64,000 nucleotides of DNA from Eutreptiella sp. 'Long Island Sound 2002' (Eukaryota; Protista; Euglenida), in the NCBI GenBank assembly GCA_964036045.1, contig OZ038378.1, forward strand, positions 58,094,001-58,158,000, read 5' to 3'. Position 1 is the first letter of the stretch. Each line of letters opens with the position of its first letter. The notes under the pieces were generated by a model. That model made no database searches and was not told where the DNA came from. It saw nothing but the letters and a program-made list of their open reading frames with translations. Made by a program: the position numbers and the translations under genes. Shown piece by piece: positions 1 through 10,910 of the stretch.

Positions 1-116
1 GGGGGGGGGGGGCAAGGTGCACTTTTGAGGTAGAGCAGAATTAGAGCACCTTGCATTAACTAGTTAGAGCAAAGTTAGAGCACTAGTTATCACGCGATAA
101 CTCAGCTATCGCGTAG

Positions 117-1873
117 TTATCGCAGGTAGTCATCGCGCACCCCACCCCCACTCCTGAGTGGAACAAACAACACAAAACACTTGGCACAAAGCATTGTTTG
201 ATGAATGTTTGAGGCCTTCTCTGCCTCAAGTCCCAAAAGCCCTTGCTCACGGGCCGTCAAACTCCTGCAATGGTGCATATGTTGCACCGACAAACTTCGT
301 GTCACCAAAGACCAACCTTGGAAGCAATTTTGGAGCCTTCTCTTGTAACTGTAACGTGTAAGGCCCATGTTTGTATTTTGTGGGGATGGAGGATAATTGA
401 AAAATGTTTCTCCACTTCTTCGCAAAAAAAATAGAATGTGCCAAGCACCAGTGAATCCCCCTAGTCGGGGACCAACCTGAATCTCCCCAAGCTTTGGAAA
501 ATTTTGTGGTAACCACACGATGGTGTTCCGATGGGTTACAATGTAAGCACCCGTCACCCTCCAAAGGTCATACAAACACTCAATGCATTTTACCATGACA
601 TGCACAACAACCCACAATGGAGGTCCACTAGGGGTCCTCACTAAGGGCATATGCTCTTTGAGGCAATCCACAAATTTGCCTTTGGAGGGGGGGGGGGGCT
701 TGAGGAACGCTTTGGTGCTCGTAACATCCTTTTCCTTCACCCTTGACGGCTAGGGGCGACGTTCCCTCGTAAGAATGCCGGAGGTCTCATCCCTGAGTGC
801 CCGTTTGAAGGCGTGCTAAGCTGCAATAGCTTGGGTTTTACCCATGGTTCCGGGGGTAAGGCGTGAAGGGTGGTCTCAGTGCGTTTTGCAATGCCATTTA
901 GGATTCGGCATGCAGCATGTTTGTAGTTACCGGTCCACGTGGTTGGGCTGATGCTTCTCAGAACTGCCTGCCATCTGGAGGTGGACCCCACCTCCTTTTC
1001 CTCAACAATACCATTGGGATCCCTGCACAACCAACACTTACAGCTAGCCCCACCCATTGTTTGCATCCCTTTTCCATCCCCAGTCAAAATAACAATGCAA
1101 GTCAAAAATTGGTATTGACATTGTAGGATTGCCTCCTCCACATCCTTCACCTCTTGATGGTGGTTTGCGGAGACATCAATGCTTCTTGAAAAAGCTTGTT
1201 CATCCCCCCCATCCATGCAAACCATGTGGACCATAGCTTCACTTTGGATGCAAACTTCAACCCCCCCCCCCCCGTACATTGACCCATACATCTACACGGT
1301 TCAAGTATGCCTTCCAACGGGAAGTTGCAAACGGAGAAATTACCACAAGGGCAACGCCGCTATGGGGGGGGGTCCCAATAACTCGACCCATGCAAAGTAC
1401 AAAATTGACAATAGATTGTAAAGGGACATGGGCAGCTGCCCTATTACGGCCCGTGGAGGACTTTGCAATAGTTGCTTGGGGAAAGTATCACAATACCCTT
1501 TTCTGAACGGTCCTTAGGTCCGGTTGGGTACAAGGTCGTGGCATCGGCAAAACAACCCGTAAAAATGCATGCGACATGCCATGCGTAGCATGCTCAAGGC
1601 CTCATGCTCAGCTGCAAGTGCAAGATGCCCACCAAGTGGGGAGGAGAGGGCAGTGGAGGCCCCAACACTTAAACAAACTTCTTCCTTGGTGTTGGTGACA
1701 CATATGAATTTGGGATCACCCAGAAGAACTCAAACCAACATCTGAACCACCGTTAAGCGCCGCCGGCGGGCCTTGGGGGATTGCAACTCTGTGTAGCGCC
1801 ACATGTAAACTTGGTATACAACGCTTAGGGCATCATTCATAGAAGTGTCCATGCGGATCAAGATGCTGTGCAT
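117..1873 (-). pseudogene. DDE transposase remnant, RAG1/Transib/CMC-like
   Basis: Minus-strand frames give VILTGDGKGMQTMGGASCKCWLC (D codon 1076-1078, CxxC 1025-1036), NYKHAACRIL (917), QHMHHC and QGLLGLEAEKASNIH (~200-245). This order matches the D..CxxC..HxxxR..H..E motifs of RAG1/Transib-type cores. Frameshifts and stops are present. Confidence 0.6.
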
Positions 1874-1914
1874 GGGAAATGAGGGATGGATGTGATGCAG
1901 GTGCCCAAAAAACA

Positions 1915-2119
1915 CACACGATAACCCACACGAGAACTCGTGCTCTAACTAGGTATCGTGCGCTAATCCCTATGATGATCCCCGCGATAGCTTAGTTAGA
2001 GCGCGATAACCCCCAGCGATAACTAGTCAGAGCACCCAGTTAGAGCGCGATAACTGCCGCGATAAGCAGTTAGAGCATGGGTTAGTGCGCACTAGCTAGA
2101 GGGGTTAGTGCGCCCTAGG
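1915..2119. promoter_or_regulatory. Intergenic GCGATAAC/TTAGAGC motif cluster (between dioxygenase gene and transposase)
   Basis: Dense degenerate repeats (cgcgataac, agttagagc, tagtgcgc). On the minus strand they are followed by a pyrimidine-rich stretch and the ATG at 1873. Homologous clusters lie at 28-123, 5941-6078 and 19546-19643. Confidence 0.55.
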
Positions 2120-3900
2120 CTACCTGAAACCGAGGTGAACAAGCCGCTGCCGCCACATAGCCGTGCAATGAGGCAACCCGCTTGCACTGTGGAAGATCAC
2201 ATTCCATCGCTCACCCGCCCATGGCAAAGGAGAATGTAGTGCCTGGGTATTGAACAACACTGGGACTTGTGGTGTGGCCTTGCATGCTCAACCCACACCT
2301 TGAGATCCTTGTGCACACGCGCGTGCCGCTTTTTGTCCCTAAGGGAGGGATTCAACAGACCACCACTCTCCACCCAAAAATATCCTCCCGTGAAAGACCC
2401 CCCCACACACAATCGGCGCCGTGGGCATCCCATCACGCAAATGGGCGTGAAGGCCCATGGCGACACTCCCTTGCGTACACACCATCCGGATGCTACACCA
2501 TGTGAATCATGGTGGAGCATTCACATTGCAGTACTCATTGAGGTGTGCAACCAAGGGGGCGGTGGGGAGGTCTCAAGGGAGCGGCAGCCACCTTGGGGGT
2601 CATAAAATTAGAGGGGTGGGGGATGCAGCTTCCCACTAGGCCCAAGTGGCACATGTCCACTCGGGCCCCATATCTTTGATCCCCCCAGAAAATCCCCTTA
2701 GGCACCCCCCTTGACCAAATCGAGGAGTCATTCACTGGCACTCCTGCGGCTGGCGGTACCGTGACTTTGAACCCCTTCCTAAGCGCGAAATGTGGCACTG
2801 AGGGTGGACGGCGGGCCACCCACGTGCGCCTTGGCCACGCCTAGCCGCTGCATGAGGTCTTCCTTGGCCTTTTGCAATATCTCCACCTCCACCCTCAACC
2901 CTTCCGCCTCCATTTTGGCCTTTTGCCGCCCCTCGATTGCTTCCTTTAGGTCATCCCTCAACCCGTGGATCCCCACCCGTCTCTTGTGCACCACTTGGAG
3001 GCCACAGTCAAGGGCAGGGTGTGTGTTGCCTTGTGGCTTATCCACCTTCGAAAGCTGCGACATGCTTTCGGCATGCCCTCCCTTGGTCAGTGTTGTTCCA
3101 CCCTTGCGACGGCAGCTTGCTCAACAAGAGTTTGGCAAGCGTCCGTCGCGTGGTTGGCCACATTGTGGGCCAAGGCCCTCACATCAAGGGTGGTGGGAGG
3201 GGGGGCTGGGCCTGCACCGTGGGCACCTTCGCTCGTTTGGGGGAAGGGGTGACTAACCTAACCCAAAGGGGGAGGCCTCACCCTCCTCCACCACCACCAC
3301 CTCCCCTCCTTGGCACTTCGTTTTGCGGGCCTCACCCCCTTGGGGCGGTAGGCTAGCACCCACAATGCCGTGGCATGGCGGACACTTTGGGGGGGGGGGG
3401 TACTCCCCCCAGCTAGAGGATGTCCGACCCCCGCTGCAGCAGCTTGTGCCACACCTCCCGCCCTGCTTAATTCCCCTGTCTTCCGACACAAAGCACAACC
3501 GGCGGAGGAAGTAGCTCATCCTTTGGGGGGGGGGGGTCGGACATACCAAAGAGGCACAAGGAGGCGGCGAGCGTCTCCCCCTCTGGCAACTTTGGCTAAT
3601 TGGCCAGGGGCTTCCCCCCGCCCACCCAGACGTAGGAGGGGAGGGTGAGGTTGGTCTTCCTCTTCACGTCCCCTTCTTTTTCCAAGATGGTTGCCTTGTG
3701 GTACCATCCTGTACCTCCCTGCCGGCACTCCTCATCCCCCGGCTCCCCCCACCACCAGGGTGCCCCCTCCGGCAGCTTCTTGATCTCCTACATCTGCAGC
3801 TCCGCACGGGCCGCCACCCGCTTGGCTGCCAGTACTCGTCGTGCTCGAGCTGCTCCCGTTGCTGCTGCGGCGGCTACCTCGGCCACGTCCTTGGAGAACA
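2120..3900 (-). pseudogene. Cargo gene Y: Tudor-like segment + coiled coil + C-terminal TET/JBP-like 2OG-Fe(II) dioxygenase domain (2120-2506)
   Basis: Translation across frameshifts: FTWCSIRMV..GLHAHLRDG..IVC.GSFTGGYFWVE...VPVLFNTQALHSPLPWAGERWNVIFHS...LVHLGFR* (stop 2120-2122). This shows an HxD-like segment, the GG-xW strand, a distal His and a G-x-R 2OG-binding strand. Coiled coil LRDDLKEAIEGRQKAKMEAE at ~2850-2990; GWYHKATILEK at ~3680-3710. Confidence 0.65.
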
Positions 3901-5879
3901 GGACTTGCCTCCAGTCCACCACCTGTGCCAACCCCTCGAGCTCCGGGGGGACCCGGGCCACTCCCGCATACATTCCCCTCCTCAGCATCAATATGGTGTT
4001 CGCCGGCACCTTAATTCCAACATGATCCTGCAAGCTGTGCCACGGCACTCCCGCCCCATGGCACACCTTGGCTAGGGGGTGCCGGTCGGGATGGCCTCCC
4101 ACCCCCCCCCCCCGGCCCCTCCACAAATAACGCCCGGTGCTTGTCCCCACCGGGAGCAAGCATTGAGCACATTGCTCAATGCTGACCCCATTTGGGTCCC
4201 CGCGCCCACCTCCCCCTCCGGCCCCTCCACGTCCCCCCCCTCCTTGCACGGCACACAATTCCCATCTTTGTGTGCCGCACACAAACCCGCCCGGCGCCCG
4301 GCCGCACCTCTAGCACTTGGCTACGACCTTCCCCCTGCACCTAACCCCCCCCCTTGACACGTGAGCGCCTTGGCACCCGGGCCTTCATGCGACCCCTTGT
4401 GGGGTCGCTTGATGGCTAAGGTGACATGGAGGTTGGGGAACTCAGGTTATGGCCTTGGATTAGCTCAATCGCAAAAAATTCCATGAGGCGGGGATCGGAC
4501 ACACCGCTGGGCGAGGGCTTTGGAATGCCGGACCCTCGGTGAACAGCAAGGGCATTGAAAAGAAACGCAGTGCCACAACCCTTCCCACCCAAGGGTCAAG
4601 TGACCCAAAACTGATTGAGGGGACGAAGAGAAAATGTGAGCCAGCCTCGGCCTCATGATTATGCATCAGAATAATTAATCATTTAACAATCTATGTGCCC
4701 TCAGGCACATTGTGTGTGGGGCGGGGGGGGGGGGGGCACCGCGATACAGGTGCTGCGGGATGTGGTCATAGCTCGAGATTTCGGCCATGTCCAGCACCAT
4801 GCAGCTCCACCCAACCCCTCCCACCAGCCCCTTCTTCGTCGTGTGGCCGACACGATGTGCGATTCTTTTTGACGACCGGCACATCGTGCATTGTACGGGG
4901 GTTGTGCTTGTAGTGATGGCGGCCCCCATAGTTGCCATAAATAGTGCGACGGGTGCCTGAATCCTTGGGCCTGGCCACAACAGGGGGGTTACCGTTGAAA
5001 ATGAACACCTTGTCCGTGAATGGCATCCTCGCAAGCTCTTCCAACAAAATCTCGCGCTACACTTGACTCAAAAATTCATGCTTGAGCAAGTGGTTCAGCA
5101 CCAACGTGTCTGCAATGGTGACCACGAGATCGTTTGGATCCCGATTAAAGGACCCGATGGGCTCCGCCATATCCACTTATTCGGCCTCCCCAATAAGGGG
5201 AGTTGTTGACCCCAAAGGAAAAAACATCACCTCTTGCCCTAAGATAATCTTTGGTGACTCCATACTACTCACGCTCCCCCTCCCTTGTGTCGAACAGGGA
5301 GTGGATAGGGAGCTTGGTTTCTGGGTCGTTAGTGTAGACAAGGCGGGTGTTGCGGCTGAAGGGTTGGGGAAACCAATCATCCGTCTTCCCCTTCCCCTTA
5401 CCCAGTCCAATTCTTGCGTTTTGCACACTAATCATGAGGGGGTGGTGGGGCTTGCCCTTCCCCCCCCCCCCACACCTCCTCCTCACCTTGCTCCTCCCCT
5501 TCGTCCTCCTCCTCCTCCTCCTGAACCTGATAGAGGCTGGTCTTTGTCCCCACACCCTTGTCGGCGTGGGCCGTGACGGACTCCACCACCACCTCCATGT
5601 CTTGGGGATGCAGCTGGATCAAAAATTCATCATCCCCTCAATTGATCTCCCACAACTCAAAAAATGTAGTTGCTGAGAACCAGGGGATCCTTGTTTTCGA
5701 CCATGAAAGGCGGACTTATGGATGATCAGTCCAAAGTCCACACGCTTCTCAAAATGACTAGCTACAGGGTGCCTCACCGAGGTGTCACACATCGTAAGCC
5801 CCTCGCGTATGCGAAGGCGATTAATCCCAACGAGCTTTTGATGGCGCTTGCACCAAGCATCAGATCGGGCAAGGGCCAT
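3901..5879 (-). pseudogene. Cargo gene X: chromo-like/acidic N-terminus + 2OG-Fe(II) oxygenase-like domain + Cys-rich C-terminus
   Basis: VVESVTAHADKG...LYQVQ (chromo-like, ~5525-5600), then an E-rich run. Oxygenase-like core WSCMVL..YDHIPQHL ... EAEAGSHFLFVP ... (copy 2: VPFRKGTAFFFNALDVHRGSG) ... PRL at 4460-4870. CxRC and CAQC motifs at ~4150-4330. ATG at 5879 follows a pyrimidine tract and AG (5881-5882, 5897-5898). Confidence 0.45.
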
Positions 5880-5940
5880 ACTAAAGAACGTCAGACCTAA
5901 GACGAAGAGGGGAAACATGGAACAAGAGCAGACGAATGGT

Positions 5941-6102
5941 GATAACCTCTGCGATAACTCGTGCGATAACCAGTTTGCGCGCGATAACTACCGCGATCAA
6001 CCACTCGATAAATGAGTTATCGCGCGATAACCCCCGCGATAAGTAGTGCAGGAACCCCGTTCTAACTAATTAGAGCACAAAAAGACCACATCGCCAAAAG
6101 TG
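5941..6102. repeat. Right terminal motif cluster / imperfect TIR of the transposon
   Basis: About eight GCGATAAC-type units, the perfect palindrome GTTATCGCGCGATAAC at 6016-6031, and terminal CAAAAGTG. Confidence 0.7.
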
Positions 6103-6324
6103 CAAAACGGGCAATATTGAGCAAAAGAGACATGCAAGGCACATTGTTGCATCATAGTGCACCCATGTAACACATAAAACTCCGGGTTCCAACCATATCA
6201 ACCACCCCTAAACGTGGGAGGGTTTCGCACTAAGCTTTAGAGCGGCAGATCATGTACCATGGGGGGCTGAGGCTGTTATTCGTGGCCCCATGCGGCATAC
6301 CACTCCACACCAAGAATTGACCCA

Positions 6325-8445
6325 TCAGCAAGTGTCGTTGAAGGAGTAGTTCCTCGGACAGTTCCACTCGGCATCGATGATCTGCATGAGGGTTTTCTTG
6401 TCTCTTGACGCAAGGCTTTCGAAGGTTTCTGGTGCATTTGTGAGTTGTATGTGAGTCGCGATTCGTTGAACGAGTTCTCCGATTTTTTCGTCTCGTTCGT
6501 TTGTGATGAATTCTCGCGTGTGGGTGGTGGGGTTTTTGATGGAGAGACGGAGGTATTTGGGGTAGTCCGTGTTCAGTAGGTGGACATCAGGTCGTTGGAT
6601 CGAGGACGTCATCAGTGAAGGAAACATCGTGAAGCTAAAGACCAGGGTGTTGGTCAAGGGAATGTCCGCAACATCTACTCTCCACGGCCAGTGGGTGACC
6701 AGTGGTCGCGGGTTGGGAGAATGCCCACAAATGCCATGGAAATAGCCCACAATGGCTGGGACGATGATGGCCCTCTTGAGGGTTGGTGAGAGATCGGCGA
6801 AGTCCTCGGGTCGCATTCTTTGATGGATTCGATAAGCAGAGTTGTGTACACGGTATTGCTGAGAGAGGAACTGGCATACTTTAGTGGACTCCGGGGTTCT
6901 GGCCTGGCAGCTCCGACTTTTTGTTGGTTGATGACCGTTTCGGATCATTTGTCGCCATGGACTTGCGGATTGAGATGCATGAGGTAGATTCTTGGTTACT
7001 CCACTGTTTTGGTTGGATTGCATGTGATGCTGATTGATCACCTCATATGTGATTGATAACCTTGATCACCATGTGCACTATTGGCTAATGTCATTTTAGC
7101 ATTGCGGAGTTTCTTCTTTCTTTGGTTTGGGGGATTGTGGTCGACTGTTTGGATTTTGGAGGGGCTCCTGCAGAGGACGTTATTGTTGTTGTGCTCTGGT
7201 GATCGCCGAGATTTGCGTGGTATCGTTGAACTGTGCGTACCACGTGCGGTATGAGTCTACCTAGATACGTTTGGATGGTGTGCCTGTGTCACCCGCATGC
7301 ATGGCTGCTAGGTTGTCCGAAATGGCACTCTTGATTCGGCTTGGATTGATTTTGAAGCGGTGGATGAGCAGCTTGTTGAGGACCTTATCGCACCATTCGG
7401 CTATCCCACTGCCGTCTCCTTTGCATCTTACTGCAGAGCTGGCTTTTATGGCTACTCGATTGCTCTCAATCAAAAGTGCGGACCATGCATGGTCATCGTT
7501 CTCTTTTGATCTGCCTGACATGATGATTAGGTATCCTTCGGGAGTGTGCAGTACTTCGATTCAGATGGGGCATTCTGTGAGGTTTGCCGGGAGGTAAAAG
7601 GAGACGTCATGCTGAGCCATCCATTGTTGCGCATTGAACCAGTTTGGAAGGGGTGGGGGGTGCTAGGCTTGAGGTACGGCATGATCGTTCGTGCGGTCTC
7701 CCTAGTGTACGTGCTTTTGCTGTTGCAAGAAAGGAAGAGGCTTTTGATAGGCGGGACAATACATGGGGGATTGCAAATCTGATGTCATCGAGGCCTGCCC
7801 ATAGCATCTTACTCGGGGTGCGCACAGGGATGCATAGCGCTTTGAAGGCTGTTCTCTTCATTTGTTGTGCTTGTACCCATTCGGCTTGCATTGGGATCGC
7901 CGAGGGCACGTAGTCTACCACGGACAGGGTGTACGTGATCACGATGCGCAACATGAGTACAAAGGAGGGTTGCGGTTGTGCGTGATTTCCTTGCAAGATA
8001 CAGAGGCTTTTTACGAACTTCAAAGTGGGTTCTTTGGGGATCTCTCCTCGGATGAGGGGGATGCCGCTCATCTTCAGGTCAAATTTCTAGAGGGTGAACA
8101 TGTCTTGCATTGTCTCCACTTCGCCATCAACATATTGCAATCTGCCATTTTTTGGTTCTGCTCCGTACATTTTTACGTTCTTGCACTCCGATGATCCTCC
8201 TCTTGACCAACAGCCGTGGCTTAATGTGTTCTACATGTGAGCCATGTGTTGAGGATGCATGGTCGCGAAACCTTTGCCATCATCGCTGTATACGATTTCA
8301 AGCAGTTTTACACTTGGGTCCCATGGGCTAGCTAGACTTTTGTACGTGTGGCGCTCGGCCCGGGGTGAGAGGTCTAGTGGATTCTTGTGTTGTAGAAGTA
8401 CTCCTTGGTTAAATTTGGTGCAAACACACGTTGTGGTGGCGTACT
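6325..8445 (-). pseudogene. RT catalytic/thumb and C-terminal part of LINE ORF2
   Basis: YSDD at 8279-8290; fragmented ORFs 7607-8071, 7261-7521 and 6325-7041. Segment 6103-7207 is duplicated at 21968-23072. Confidence 0.6.
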
Positions 8446-9250
8446 AGCCAACTCGCATACAGTTGCCTTGGGATCCTCAAGCAAGCCCAAGCACTATACA
8501 GCGGAAGACCGGACGTAGCCCTGGATCACGAGCACATTAACAGAGGCAAGGAAATCAGCCCTTACCCACGTGAAGACAAGCCATATTTTCTCACTCACAT
8601 GCTGCGATTGCAGCGAGAACGCAAGAACTTTCCCCTCGAAGACCCTGCCGGCAAGAGTCCTGTTTTCCACGAGCTTGCCGACCTAGTACGGCGATCATCC
8701 TCCGAGGCCACATCGCCGGAGCAACTTCCCCATGCCTTTGCGAGCCGGCTGGATGGATTCAGCATCTACCTGTTTACCTCCCTCCTGCAAGCCTTTGCCT
8801 AGGGTGGCAATGACCGCTGCAGTACTCCACCTGTGCCTAATGAAGAAACAACCGAATTGGGTCATCCCCAACCGTGACCCCATCCTCTCAAAACGGTACA
8901 TACGCCGGCTAGAGTCCAGCAACGTCCTCCTTCGCTAACAGCAACGCTCATAATGGACAGCCCCGGTTGCCCACAATCATTACACCTACGGAAAGTAGCC
9001 GTCGCAACAGATGCCTGCGATCACATGCCGATGGCTGGTAGGTGTTTCGCCCACTACTATGGCAAAGTATTCATCATTGATTGTGACAAAAGTAATGCAT
9101 GGTGCAACACCATCAGAAACAACATGGGCAGCCTCTTCCCATCCAACCCACACCACACAGAAGAATGGGCAGAGAGGTTCTCCAATTCCTTTGAAACATA
9201 CGTGGTATCCCCATACGAAATGGCCGGTCCATACACAATGCGTCATGCAG
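8446..9250 (+). pseudogene. Inverted N-terminal half of the LINE reverse transcriptase
   Basis: ELADLVRRSSSEATSPEQLP (APGPDG-like), LMKKQPNWVIPNRDPI (K..NYRPI-like), FIIDCDKSNAW (DxxKAFD-like) and GPYTMRH, which joins minus-strand VR at 8444 to give a GVRQG-like motif. Confidence 0.6.
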
Positions 9251-9724
9251 AGCATCTCCTCCGGAAACCCGGTCTTTTCCTTGGGGAAGTGTTTTCCATA
9301 AGCGCTGATCGCATCCACGACCTGGAATGTGTTCTTTTTAAATTTTACGACGAGGGTTGTGGCCTATGCGACGGAGACTCCTATAAACTTTTCAAGAGGG
9401 AAATGGAACTTCGCCGCCATGGCCTTGTTGTTTCTATTCTCCCACCAACGGGCGAGGTCCGCGGAGCGTCTTCCGCTTTGGGATCGTAGGACTGCTGGCA
9501 GGGCTTTGGCATCCGCTAAGGAGAGTGACATTTTGGATAAACGGCGGGGTATGATGTCGTCCATGGCTGTGAAGTATGGGTGCATGCCGGCTGCGGGGTT
9601 CCACTCGGTGATGTTGGCCCATGCTAAGAGGATGGAGCATGCCTTCGTCACTTCTTGGAGTTCTTCTTGATCCTGCTGACAAAAGTGGTATCTTTGGTTG
9701 CAGAGATTTGTGGGTCTCATCTCC

Positions 9725-10365
9725 TCACAGTCTATGACGAAGGTGAGTACTAAGGCGCGGTAGTCGTTCCGTGGTGCACGCCACGCAGGGGGTGCTGATG
9801 TTGAGGACGAGCCAATTGATCTCCATCATGGGAAGTCCTGTCTTGGTGAGTAGTGGATTCGTTCGCCGGGCTGTGGTGTGTGGGCAGTGGTATTCCTTCC
9901 GACACTTGCTGAGTGTATGTTTGAGCCATTCTTTGTAGCTGCGTTCCACGTTGTTGTTGAGATCTCCTCGGCCGAGGGAGACCGTTGCGCGGGTGTTCGA
10001 AAGGAATTTTGCCACAGCGACCTAGATCTCTGCGCTGGTATCTGGGTGTATTTTCGTGGGAAAGTGTATTGTGGCACCGTAAGAGAGTCAGAGGTGCCTG
10101 GGTTGATGTGCTCTTTGGCTTGTATTTTCCATCTCGACCTGAATGTGCGGTGCGTGTGCACGAGGATGATCAGGCCTCCTCCTAGAAAGGCTAGCACTGA
10201 AGTGTGCTGATAGGGTAGTCGGTCCAGCCATCCTTGTGGCAGGAGTGCCCACGTTTCCTGGAGGCAAGCTGCATCTAGAAATCCTAGGATGAGGAAACAG
10301 GAGGTTTGATGCAGCTTTTTCTCAAGGCTACCACAATTGATGTCCAATGATTGTGAGTTTAGCCC
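9725..10365 (-). pseudogene. APE (EEP-fold) endonuclease domain of LINE ORF2
   Basis: N-x-G-S-L start, LQETW and GGGLIILV motifs in ORF 9826-10347. Confidence 0.7.
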
Positions 10366-10910
10366 AACTGGGTGTTACGGGGTGGGCATGCCGAGCGGGC
10401 GTCTGATTGTATTCATTCTGCATCTCGGCGTAGAGCCGTATCGTTTGTGAGTGGATGTCTTTCGTTGTTGGGGTTCTTGCTGCCGTGTTCGGGAATCTTC
10501 CTTAGAGTTGGAAGGGGCCTGTGAATACGGTGCAGGCTAGGGCCATTTGTGCGGTTATTGGTGATTCCTTCCGTAGGTGCCAGGAAGCTGGGATTCTGTG
10601 CTTGATGAATGTGGTAGAGAGGGATGAGTGCGCTGTCATGGAGTAGCCCGACACCTTGCCACATTGATGATAGGAGGGACCACCGATCCAAATAGCCTTT
10701 CTTTGTGGTTCGCAGTTCCTAGTGCTGAGAGCATGATAGCCCTAAGACTCGTACTGAGAGTAGTACTGTGTTATGTTGTGGTGGCCTGCTTGAGGTCGAA
10801 TGACACACTTGCACGAGATCAACAATGCATTGTTGAGGGATACTATTGGGTTGGAGGGTGTGTACGCTTTCTTGTGCTTGCGCGCTGATTCAACGCAGGC
10901 TTGGACCCGT

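Larger units (their letters stand above)
20..6102 (-). mobile_element. Cargo-carrying DNA transposon, copy 1 (decayed; 3 pseudogenes; imperfect TIRs)
   Basis: The left end (CACTTTTG at 20) and right end (CAAAAGTG ending 6102) are inverted. Both ends also share inverted blocks GAGTTATCGCG.GATAAC, TAGTGC and TCTAACTA.TTA, and a 16-bp palindrome GTTATC(A/G)CGCGATAAC (86-101, 6016-6031). Near-collinear second copy at 15776-21967. No TSD found. Confidence 0.75.

Noticed and set aside
1-19. TSD for the cargo transposon
   Set aside because: Flanks (..CAAGGTG / CAAAACG..) show no 2-9 bp direct repeat at the CAC/GTG ends, so the exact boundary and superfamily remain unproven.
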